Shown piece after piece: positions 1 to 7,589 of a stretch of 15,233 nt of DNA. Position numbers and translations under genes: made by a program. Position 1 is the stretch's first letter; each line of letters starts with the position of its first letter. Source of the stretch: a virus; the IMG/VR virus record IMGVR_UViG_3300045988_162231, positions 1 through 15,233 of that record; one strand, given 5' to 3'. The notes under the pieces are model-generated. The model had not been told where the DNA came from. It worked only from the letters and a program-made list of their open reading frames with translations, and made no database searches.

Positions 1-207
1 AAGAGTTCATTATATAAACTTTTTATGTTCCCCAATTATGTAAACCGAACAAACATACGCAAACCTGCAACCTTAGAGCCGTAACGGTTACAAGGCTTAC
101 AATAACTGGAAATAACTCAAGTTAACATAATATTATTATTATTTTACAAAAAGCCTAAAAGCCTAGAGCCCCAAGGGATAGAGCGAGTTAACAAAATACA
201 AATAAGA

Positions 208-236
208 AGTTTACATAAAACTATATTATGTAAACT
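208..236. promoter_or_regulatory. ITR inverted repeat, possible protein-binding site (mirror copy 14998-15026)
   Basis: AGTTTACATAA-7 nt-TTATGTAAACT, perfect 11-bp arms; further TTATGTAAA at 245-253 and TTATGTAAAC at 36-45. Confidence 0.5.
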
Positions 237-261
237 AAAGTATATTATGTAAAGCCAATGT

Positions 262-275
262 ATTACATTTGTAAT
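262..275. promoter_or_regulatory. Operator-like palindrome upstream of the ITR promoter (mirror copy 14959-14972)
   Basis: ATTACA-TT-TGTAAT about 20 bp upstream of the -35. Confidence 0.45.
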
Positions 276-295
276 ATTTATTTTTACTCTTTTTA

Positions 296-322
296 TTGAC
301 TTTTATCATTTTTTGTTATAAT
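296..322 (+). promoter_or_regulatory. ITR-borne early promoter (left copy), extended -10
   Basis: TTGACT (296-301) ... TGT TATAAT (314-322). Spacer is 15 nt with TTGACT, or 16 nt if read as ATTGAC. Reads into the left gene operon. Confidence 0.75.
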
Positions 323-333
323 ATAGGTATAGT

Positions 334-381
334 CGATAGGGTAACCTAATCGAAAATATATAGGGTTGTGACCGAACACAA
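334..381 (+). promoter_or_regulatory. 5' leader with two short hairpins
   Basis: CGATAGG-GTAA-CCTaATCG (334-352; GNRA-type loop) and TTGTG-ACCGAA-CACAA (366-381), between promoter and first gene. Confidence 0.4.
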
Positions 382-398
382 GAAGGGAAGTAATACAA

Positions 399-812
399 AT
401 GGCTAATAAGTATGAGGTAAAAGTTAACGAAAAAAAAGGAAGTTGCGATAATGCACTTTTTGAAAAAATGGCAATGAAAGGTGATATTACTGCAACAAAA
501 CTATCTGAAGTATTAGGACAAGTAGTACATATTGTAGGATATGCAAGTTGTACTATTACAACAGAAGATAAGACTTTTGATATTAATTATTTTGATACAG
601 AAGAATTTGGACTAATAAGTTCTGGTAGCGAAATATTTTATGAAAGTGTAAAGGACTATTTTGAAAAAGTAGAAGAAGTAAGACTTACAGAAGTAAAAAC
701 TAAAAAAGGTAAGACATATAAAGCCGTTCCAATTTTAGATAAGAAAACAACAAACAAAGAAGAAACTACAAAGAAGGAAGAAGAAACAACAAACGACGAA
801 TTATCTTTTTAA
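399..812 (+). CDS. Putative single-stranded DNA-binding protein (137 aa)
   Basis: First gene of the replication operon, SD AGAAGGGAAG. Beta-rich body and charged low-complexity tail ending NDELSF, reminiscent of SSB C-terminal tips. Confidence 0.45.
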   Translation: MANKYEVKVNEKKGSCDNALFEKMAMKGDITATKLSEVLGQVVHIVGYASCTITTEDKTFDINYFDTEEFGLISSGSEIFYESVKDYFEKVEEVRLTEVKTKKGKTYKAVPILDKKTTNKEETTKKEEETTNDELSF

Positions 813-833
813 TTTGTAGGGAGTTGACAGTAA

Positions 834-1403
834 ATGGCTAATAAAAAAATTCCAATGACACATGCAAAGGTGTCATTGTTTAATGAAATGAAGAAGTTAG
901 CAAAAAGAGCTAATCAACGTATGTTAAGACTAGAACGACTTACTGGAATGACTGGCTCATTTGCTACTAAACAATTATATGACTATTTAGATAATGGAGT
1001 ATTACAAGCTATTACACCAAAGGGTAGAGTAGCTGTTAAAAAATCTTATTCTATAGATGAAATGAATTCAATTATAAAAGCCTTAAAAGATTTTATGAAT
1101 GATGTATCTACTACCCCTCAAGTAAGAAAATTAGTAAAAGAATATTCGGAACGTATAGGAAAGCCTATTGATATTGAAAGAGCTAATACAATATATCAAA
1201 TTGATACTAATTATAAATGGATATATGAATATTACGAGAGTGATTTTTGGGATATTGCAAGAGAAAGTGTTGTTGAAAATTGGTCGCTTGACGACTGGTT
1301 GGATAAAATACCAGCTAATGCAAGTAAAGAAATGGTAGTTGATGAAGAAATGAGATTAAAGCTTGAAAATTTATATACTTATACGAGGGATACAAAAATT
1401 TGA
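834..1403 (+). CDS. Putative terminal protein (protein primer), 189 aa
   Basis: SD GGGAG. Immediately upstream of and overlapping the protein-primed DNA polymerase; basic N-terminus (KRANQRMLRLERL). Position matches phi29-like phages. Confidence 0.6.
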   Translation: MANKKIPMTHAKVSLFNEMKKLAKRANQRMLRLERLTGMTGSFATKQLYDYLDNGVLQAITPKGRVAVKKSYSIDEMNSIIKALKDFMNDVSTTPQVRKLVKEYSERIGKPIDIERANTIYQIDTNYKWIYEYYESDFWDIARESVVENWSLDDWLDKIPANASKEMVVDEEMRLKLENLYTYTRDTKI

Positions 1404-3514
1404 TACATTGGTTAGAATATGAAGGACACATACCAAAAATCAAAGGAAAACGTAATAGGTTTGATAATACAATATATACATTTGATATAGAAACTACTTC
1501 TTATATTATACTAAATGGTAAACAAATGAATACTAAAAAATATTTGAAGTTATCTGATAAAGAAAAAGAACAATGCAAATTTTATGCTTGTATGTATATT
1601 TGGCAATTCGGAATAGACGATAAAGTTTATTATGGAAGAACTTGGGAAGAATTATATCATTTTTTAGAACGTATTGAATGGTTTGCTACAGATGTTAAAA
1701 AATATGTATTTGTACATAATTTAGGTTTTGAATTTCAGTTTTTAAGAAATTATTTTACTTTTTCTGATGTATTTGCAAGAAAAAGTCATAAAGTAATTAA
1801 AGCTACTATGAATGAATTTAATTTTGAATTTAGGTGTAGTTTATTTATGACGAATTTGCAACTTAAAAAACTACCAGATGTTTATAATTTACCAGTAGAA
1901 AAATTAGTAGGTGATTTAGATTACAATAAAATTAGACATTATGAAACAAAATTATCTGATGAAGAATTACATTATTGTGAGAATGACTGTCTGGTTGTAT
2001 ACGAATATATTAAAAAAGAGCTTGAGCAATACGAAACAGTAAAAAATATTCCTTTAACATCAACTGGACACGTAAGACGAGAACTTAAAGATACAGTTCG
2101 AACAAACTATCCATATAGAAATAAAGTTAGAAAAAGTATAAATACTGATGGACATATTTATAATTTACTTATTAAGGCATTTGCTGGGGGTTATACGCAC
2201 GCAAATTGGTTATATACAAATGAGATAGTAAAAGACATTACAAGTTTTGATTTTACGAGTTCTTATCCTTACGTAATGGTAACACATAAGTTCCCAAGTC
2301 GAACTTTTAGAAAATGCAATATAAAAAATAGAAGTCAAATGTTAAAATCTATGGCATATTTATTAGTAGTACGTTTTACAGATATAAGTTGTAAGTATTT
2401 CAATAATTTTATTAGTCAAAATAAATGTACAAAAATTAGGGGCGCTAAATTTGATAATGGTAGAATTATTGGAGCAAAAGAAATAGAAATCGTACTAACT
2501 GATGTTGATTTTTATTTTATTTTAGCTACTTATAGTTGTGAATACGAAATTCTAGAAAGTTATTATTCTAAATATGATTATTTGCCAAAAGATTATATTA
2601 ATTTTATTTTAGATAAATATGTTACTAAAACAAAGTATAAAGGAATTGAAGAAAAAAAGCTAGAATATAATTTAGAAAAAGCAAAATTTAATAGCTTATA
2701 TGGTATGACAGTTACTAATAATATTAAAGATATAGTAGTTTTTGATAATGAGGTTGGCTGGTCAGAATTAAAAATGACAAATGATGAAATAATATCAAAA
2801 TTAGAAAAAGAAAAAAAGGACGGCTTTTTGTCTTTTAGTTATGGTGTTTGGGTTACTGCTTGGGCTAGATATAATCTATTAACTAACGTAATAAAACAAG
2901 ATAAGTTCTGTGTTTATTGTGATACTGATAGTATGAAACTAAAAAAAGGTTTTGACATAAGCTATATAGACGAATATAACAAAAAAGTAATAGAAAAAAT
3001 AAAAGTAGCAAGTAAAGAATTAGAAATAGACATAGACAAATTTAAACCAAAAGATAGTAAAGGAAAAGAACATATTATAGGCTTATTTGATTTTGACGGA
3101 CACTATGAAGAATTTATAACACAAGGGGCTAAAAAATACGCATATACAAAATATATAGATAAATCTAAAATTAATGATAGTATGAACGTATTAAAAGTAA
3201 AAGATGATACGGCATTAATACTTGAAATAACGGTCGCTGGAGTTCCAAAACAAGGGGCTAAAGCACTTAAAAGTTTAAAAGATTTTAAAGACGATTTTGT
3301 ATTTGATTTTAAGTATACAAATAAAAATTTACTTATATATAATGATGAAATGAAACCGTTTGAGCTAACTGATTATAAAGGAAAAACAAGAACAGTTACA
3401 GATAAATATAGTTGTGTTTTAATTCCTACGACTTATGTGTTAGGAAAATCTGAGGAATACGCAAATTTACTTTCAGATGAAAGTTCAGCAAGAGCAATAT
3501 ATAATGAGGAGTGA
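1400..3514 (+). CDS. Protein-primed family B DNA polymerase (704 aa), TTG start
   Basis: ExoI FDIETT, ExoII HNLGFEFQF, ExoIII YCENDCL, AFAGGY (YxGG-like), PolA DFTSSYPY, PolB KFNSLYG, PolC YCDTDS, AKKYAY (KxY). SD GAGG upstream of the TTG. Confidence 0.97.
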   Translation: MIHWLEYEGHIPKIKGKRNRFDNTIYTFDIETTSYIILNGKQMNTKKYLKLSDKEKEQCKFYACMYIWQFGIDDKVYYGRTWEELYHFLERIEWFATDVKKYVFVHNLGFEFQFLRNYFTFSDVFARKSHKVIKATMNEFNFEFRCSLFMTNLQLKKLPDVYNLPVEKLVGDLDYNKIRHYETKLSDEELHYCENDCLVVYEYIKKELEQYETVKNIPLTSTGHVRRELKDTVRTNYPYRNKVRKSINTDGHIYNLLIKAFAGGYTHANWLYTNEIVKDITSFDFTSSYPYVMVTHKFPSRTFRKCNIKNRSQMLKSMAYLLVVRFTDISCKYFNNFISQNKCTKIRGAKFDNGRIIGAKEIEIVLTDVDFYFILATYSCEYEILESYYSKYDYLPKDYINFILDKYVTKTKYKGIEEKKLEYNLEKAKFNSLYGMTVTNNIKDIVVFDNEVGWSELKMTNDEIISKLEKEKKDGFLSFSYGVWVTAWARYNLLTNVIKQDKFCVYCDTDSMKLKKGFDISYIDEYNKKVIEKIKVASKELEIDIDKFKPKDSKGKEHIIGLFDFDGHYEEFITQGAKKYAYTKYIDKSKINDSMNVLKVKDDTALILEITVAGVPKQGAKALKSLKDFKDDFVFDFKYTNKNLLIYNDEMKPFELTDYKGKTRTVTDKYSCVLIPTTYVLGKSEEYANLLSDESSARAIYNEE

Positions 3515-3520
3515 TGAGAT

Positions 3521-3715
3521 ATGAGTAAGCAAAAAGATTTACAATTTATACAAGGTTTTAGTAAAATATCTATAACTAGTATATGCGAAAAAAATAATAT
3601 ATGTAAACAAAATATTTTTTCTGGAACTGCGTCCGAAAAAAATTTAGCAAAAGTAAAAGAAGAAGTACAAAAAGAATTTGCTAAATTGTATTTACAAGGT
3701 GATGACAATGAGTAG
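3521..3715 (+). CDS. Small HTH-like protein, 64 aa
   Basis: Compact ORF between polymerase and ATPase genes; ITSICEKNNICKQNIFSG resembles a helix-turn-helix. Overlaps the ATPase start. Confidence 0.6.
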   Translation: MSKQKDLQFIQGFSKISITSICEKNNICKQNIFSGTASEKNLAKVKEEVQKEFAKLYLQGDDNE

Positions 3716-4787
3716 AACACAAATACATTATAATTTGGATAAAATTGATAATTTAAATGCCAATTATAATTTGATATATGGTGAAAAATCTAACGGAAAA
3801 AGTTATCAAGTTAAGCACAAAAAAGGTATTGAAAAATACTTAAAAACGGGTAGAAGGTTCATCTTAATGAGACGTTGGGAAAGTGACTTAACTTCGGCTT
3901 GGATAGAAAGTTATTTTTCGGACGTAGATATACAAAAGCTAACTAACAATAAATATAATTGTGTAACTAAATTTAGAAATGAATTATATCTAACTACAAT
4001 GACAGAAGATTACAAGAAAAAAAGAGGAGAAAAAATAGGATATGCAATACCTATTTCACTTGAACAACGTTATTCTGGAGCAAGTTTTTTAGATGTAGAC
4101 GATATAATTGTCGAAGAGTTTATGAGTAGAGGTATTTATATTGTAAATGAGCCAAGCAAATTAATGACATTTTATAGTACAGTTGACAGAAAAAGAGGAA
4201 CTACTAAACTTTGGCTTGTAGGTAATACTGTAAGTAGAGTATGTCCGTATCTTAAAGAATGGGGTTTATATGATATAATGAAAAATCAAAAACAAGGTGA
4301 TATAAACACTACTATTATACATAATGAAGAAAATGACGTAAAAATTGCTGTAGAATATTGTAGGTCATCTGGTGGTAAAACAATGGCTATAGGACAAGCA
4401 AAAAATATGATAGACAAAGGCGAATGGCAAACAGACATACAACCAAAACTTCCAAAAAGTTATAAGGCTTATGATATATTATTTAGGTTTGGTTTTCAGT
4501 ATCAAAGTTTTAAATTTATATGTGAGTATTTAGTAGACAAGCAAGAAAAGAAATATCCTTGTTGGTTTATATATCCATACAATAAAAATTTTGAGGATAA
4601 CTTTATTGTTTTTTCTGATGAAATAAAATTAAGTCCTTATTGGCAACGTGATATATATAATATAACAATAAAAAACGAAAAACTTAAACATTTATTTCAA
4701 AGTTTTAGGGAAGATAAAATTTTTTTCAGTTCTGATATGTGTGGTACGGACTTTAAACAAGTAATTGATTTTAATATTAAGAGGTGA
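3708..4787 (+). CDS. DNA encapsidation (packaging) ATPase, phi29 gp16-like, 359 aa
   Basis: Walker A GEKSNGKS, Walker B DDIIVEEF. The track start at 3678 is an upstream TTG; ATG at 3708 follows SD AAGGTGATG. Confidence 0.9.
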   Translation: MSRTQIHYNLDKIDNLNANYNLIYGEKSNGKSYQVKHKKGIEKYLKTGRRFILMRRWESDLTSAWIESYFSDVDIQKLTNNKYNCVTKFRNELYLTTMTEDYKKKRGEKIGYAIPISLEQRYSGASFLDVDDIIVEEFMSRGIYIVNEPSKLMTFYSTVDRKRGTTKLWLVGNTVSRVCPYLKEWGLYDIMKNQKQGDINTTIIHNEENDVKIAVEYCRSSGGKTMAIGQAKNMIDKGEWQTDIQPKLPKSYKAYDILFRFGFQYQSFKFICEYLVDKQEKKYPCWFIYPYNKNFEDNFIVFSDEIKLSPYWQRDIYNITIKNEKLKHLFQSFREDKIFFSSDMCGTDFKQVIDFNIKR

Positions 4788-4793
4788 TAAACT

Positions 4794-4922
4794 ATGCTTG
4801 AATATTTACAAGAATTATTACAAGATATACAAAATATCGATATTAAAGAACAAAAGCAAAAATCTTTTGCATTGGAAACTGCTATTGATATTTTATTAAA
4901 ATTAAGAAATGAGAAAGGGTGA
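4794..4922 (+). CDS. Small helical protein, 42 aa (not in ORF track)
   Basis: MLEYLQELLQDIQNIDIKEQKQKSFALETAIDILLKLRNEKG*; ATG preceded by GAGGTGATAAACT. Fills the gap between ATPase and tail knob genes. Confidence 0.7.
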   Translation: MLEYLQELLQDIQNIDIKEQKQKSFALETAIDILLKLRNEKG

Positions 4923-4927
4923 TAAAA

Positions 4928-6595
4928 ATGGCAACATTACATAGTGAAATAATTTTATGTAGAAATATTAAACTTGATAAAAATTATATAAATGTATTAA
5001 GCTATTCAACTAATCAAATGCTTGATTTATGTAAACGTAATGCAATAGCAACCGCTAGTGACTATTCTTTTATTAGACAACATAATAATAATATATTTAC
5101 TGGTTTTACATACGAACAATGCTTACAAGCCAATTATATAGCTTTTCAAAATAAAGATTATAGTAACAAATGGTTTTTTGCATTTATTGATGAAGTAAAT
5201 TATTCAGGTGAAAGTAACACAGAAATTCGTTATACTATTGACGCTTGGTCTACATTTTTTGATGATTGGCAAAAACAACCTTGTTATATAACAAGACAAC
5301 ACGTAAACGATGATACAATAGGTGCAAATTTAATAGACGAAAATTTAAACGTTGGGGAAGTTGAGGCAATAAACGTAGTAAAAGACGACAGTTTAGACAA
5401 TACATATGGTTATTATATAATTGTAGGTTCTACTTGGGATATAGGGGATAATAACAACCCATCTAAACAAGTAGTAGGTTCTAGTCTATATAATGGTTTA
5501 ATATCTGCTGAAAAACTTTTTGTTATTTCTGGGGCATTTGGTGATAGTATTGTAGACGCTGTTAAAAATTTACAACTATTTCTTTTTCAATCTGCTGAGG
5601 ACGGACACTTAGCCGACGTAAGAAACGTATATATAGTACCTAATTTTTGTATAAGTCCAGCCGACTTACAATTACACGAAAAAACTACAGGAGAATATAC
5701 TTGTACATATTATACTTTAAATACTGGAGTAGATATACCTAGTGCAAAATTACAAGCAACTTGTACTACAAATTATAGAGGATATAAGCCAAAAAATAAT
5801 AAATGTTTTATTTATCCATATCATTATCTATTTGTTACTAACAATAATGGTAATAATAATATATACAAATATGAAAATTTTTCAAACTTTTTTAGTCCAG
5901 AATTTCAAATAAATTTGATAATGATGCCTGGGTGTTCTGGTAGAGTAATTCCACAAAATTATAAAGGTGTATCGGATAACGTTGACGAGAGCTTACCACT
6001 TGCAAAATATCCAATATGTGAATGGAATTGCGACGCATATATTATTTGGCTATCTGCTAATGCTGTAAATATTCCTACTCAAATTATGGGAGTTACTAAT
6101 AATTTAAGTGGTCAAGTTCAAAATGGTAATTTTTCTATAACTCCAGGAGCAAATGGTGGTATAGGTTCAACTGCTGGTTCTACAGCAAGTAATATTATAA
6201 ATGTTGCTGGAAATATTGCAAATATAATAGGACAATTTTATTCTGCGTCTTTACTTCCTAGTATTCAAGGTGGTAACAATACTGGTGATGTAAATTTTGT
6301 AAGTAATGCAAATAATATATTGATATATGAATATAAAGTAAAAGACCAATATTTAAAAGTTATTGACGAATATTTTACAAGATTTGGTTATAGAATAAAT
6401 GAAGTTACTATGCCAAATATTATAGGTAGACGTAATTGGAATTATATAGAAATACCAAGTTCCGAAAGTATTGGTTATGGAACAGTTCCTTCGCAATATA
6501 TGGAACAAATTAATAATGCTTGTCGTAAAGGTGTAACTATTTGGCATAATCACGATAATTTAGGAAATTTTAATTTGGATAATTCTATAGTATAA
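4928..6595 (+). CDS. Tail knob / distal tube protein, phi29 gp9-like, 555 aa
   Basis: Conserved N-terminal pattern (ANYIAFQNKDYSNKWFFAFIDEVNY...TRYTID-like...CYITRQHV) and a central Gly/Ala/Ile hydrophobic segment (GSTAGSTASNIINVAGNIANIIGQFYSASLLPS). ATG at 4928 preferred to the GTG at 4919. Confidence 0.85.
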   Translation: MATLHSEIILCRNIKLDKNYINVLSYSTNQMLDLCKRNAIATASDYSFIRQHNNNIFTGFTYEQCLQANYIAFQNKDYSNKWFFAFIDEVNYSGESNTEIRYTIDAWSTFFDDWQKQPCYITRQHVNDDTIGANLIDENLNVGEVEAINVVKDDSLDNTYGYYIIVGSTWDIGDNNNPSKQVVGSSLYNGLISAEKLFVISGAFGDSIVDAVKNLQLFLFQSAEDGHLADVRNVYIVPNFCISPADLQLHEKTTGEYTCTYYTLNTGVDIPSAKLQATCTTNYRGYKPKNNKCFIYPYHYLFVTNNNGNNNIYKYENFSNFFSPEFQINLIMMPGCSGRVIPQNYKGVSDNVDESLPLAKYPICEWNCDAYIIWLSANAVNIPTQIMGVTNNLSGQVQNGNFSITPGANGGIGSTAGSTASNIINVAGNIANIIGQFYSASLLPSIQGGNNTGDVNFVSNANNILIYEYKVKDQYLKVIDEYFTRFGYRINEVTMPNIIGRRNWNYIEIPSSESIGYGTVPSQYMEQINNACRKGVTIWHNHDNLGNFNLDNSIV

Positions 6596-6675
6596 AAAAA
6601 TAAACTAGAGGTGATAACCTCTAGTTTTAGTTTCTAAAGAGTAAATATAAAATTGAATAATAGTAGCTTGGAATG
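6594..6675 (-). ncRNA. Candidate small RNA of about 80 nt from the 6681-6709 promoter to the 6602-6627 terminator
   Basis: Promoter and terminator in the same orientation, about 50 nt apart, with no ORF between them. Confidence 0.4.
6602..6627. terminator. Bidirectional intrinsic terminator at the convergent junction
   Basis: AAACTAGAGG-TGATAA-CCTCTAGTTT, T-rich on the + side (TTTTAGTTT) and strong T-tract on the - side (TTTATTTTTTTATA). Confidence 0.88.
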
Positions 6676-6680
6676 ATTAA

Positions 6681-6709
6681 ATATTATCATAATTTTTTAT
6701 TTTTGTCAA
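6681..6709 (-). promoter_or_regulatory. Promoter with consensus -35 and extended -10 inside the convergent intergenic region
   Basis: Minus strand TTGACA-17 nt-TAATAT, with TGA before the -10. Confidence 0.65.
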
Positions 6710-6713
6710 ATAA

Positions 6714-7559
6714 TTATTGACCAGGTGTAATGTCTGATTGTTCAAAGGCTTGCAATAAATATAAAGAATTCCAGAAGAAAACTCTGACCTCTTTTGTTGA
6801 ACTATCGATAGCAAACCAAGTATCAATTTCAATAGTTCCATCAGTTTTAATTGTTATATTTGCAGTATCTGTTCTAGTAAAATTTTGTCCATAACACGTT
6901 AAAGCAACAGTATTAATAGTTATGTCTTGTGTTGGTCTTAATGGTGTATTTAATAATTTGATTTTACGTGCTAGCCCACCATCATCTGGATTATGTATTT
7001 GTAAAATACCATAAAGCTTAAAAATTGATTTAGTATCATCATATACAAGTGTCAATCCACTATTTCCAAAATCATTTCCACACGCAGTACCATTTACAAT
7101 ATTTCCTGTACTAGAATTAAAAATCATAGAATTTTTTAGATTAAATTTATCCAATTCATTAAGTGCTTTATTTGCATTTGTATTAGCATTTTGTGCTGTT
7201 GAATTAGCTGAACTTGCTAAACCGTTTGCTGTATTTGCTGTTGATAATGCTGTTTCAGCATTTTGTTTTGCTGTACTTGCGTTGTCATTTGCTGTTGTTG
7301 CTAAACTTAAAGCATTTGTTGCATTAGTATTTGCTCCATTTGCTGTTGTGTTTGCTTGATTAGCTGTTTCTAATGCTTGTGTTGCTGAACTATTTGCATT
7401 TTCTGCGTTTGTTTCTGCACTCTGTGCTTTACTGTCATTTGCTTTCATTTGTGTGTCAATTTTAGACATTGCTTGATTAAAATCACCTAACCAAGAAGGT
7501 ACGTCATTTGCTACAAATTGTGGTAGCTCATAATTTGGTGTTTTATTTGTTGAACTCAT
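6714..7559 (-). CDS. Fibre-like structural protein (281 aa) with long Ala/Asn/Thr coiled coil and C-terminal globular domain
   Basis: N-terminal NKTPNYELPQFVANDVPSWLGDFNQAMSKIDTQM anchor type, heptad-like A/N repeats, beta-rich C-terminus. Confidence 0.7.
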   Translation of the reverse strand: MSSTNKTPNYELPQFVANDVPSWLGDFNQAMSKIDTQMKANDSKAQSAETNAENANSSATQALETANQANTTANGANTNATNALSLATTANDNASTAKQNAETALSTANTANGLASSANSTAQNANTNANKALNELDKFNLKNSMIFNSSTGNIVNGTACGNDFGNSGLTLVYDDTKSIFKLYGILQIHNPDDGGLARKIKLLNTPLRPTQDITINTVALTCYGQNFTRTDTANITIKTDGTIEIDTWFAIDSSTKEVRVFFWNSLYLLQAFEQSDITPGQ

Positions 7560-7589
7560 AATAAAAATCTCCTTTCAAATTAATTTATT

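Larger units (their letters stand above)
1..327. repeat. Left inverted terminal repeat, 327 bp, perfect reverse complement of 14907-15233
   Basis: Line-by-line reverse-complement comparison matches through ...TGTTATAATATAGG; it diverges at 328 (TAT versus AAA). Confidence 0.98.

Noticed and set aside
1-290. Possible outward-facing promoter in the ITR for a phi29-style end-proximal pRNA
   Set aside because: Scanning found only isolated -10-like or TTTACA-like pieces, with no well-spaced -35/-10 pair reading toward the ends. Kept only as an open question.
3433-3720. 95-aa minus-strand ORF in the track
   Set aside because: Antisense to the DNA polymerase C-terminus and the 64-aa gene; no SD context and biased, low-quality composition.
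6353-6553. 66-aa minus-strand ORF
   Set aside because: Antisense within the tail knob gene. It lies beyond the 6602-6627 terminator from the nearest minus promoter and has no convincing RBS.
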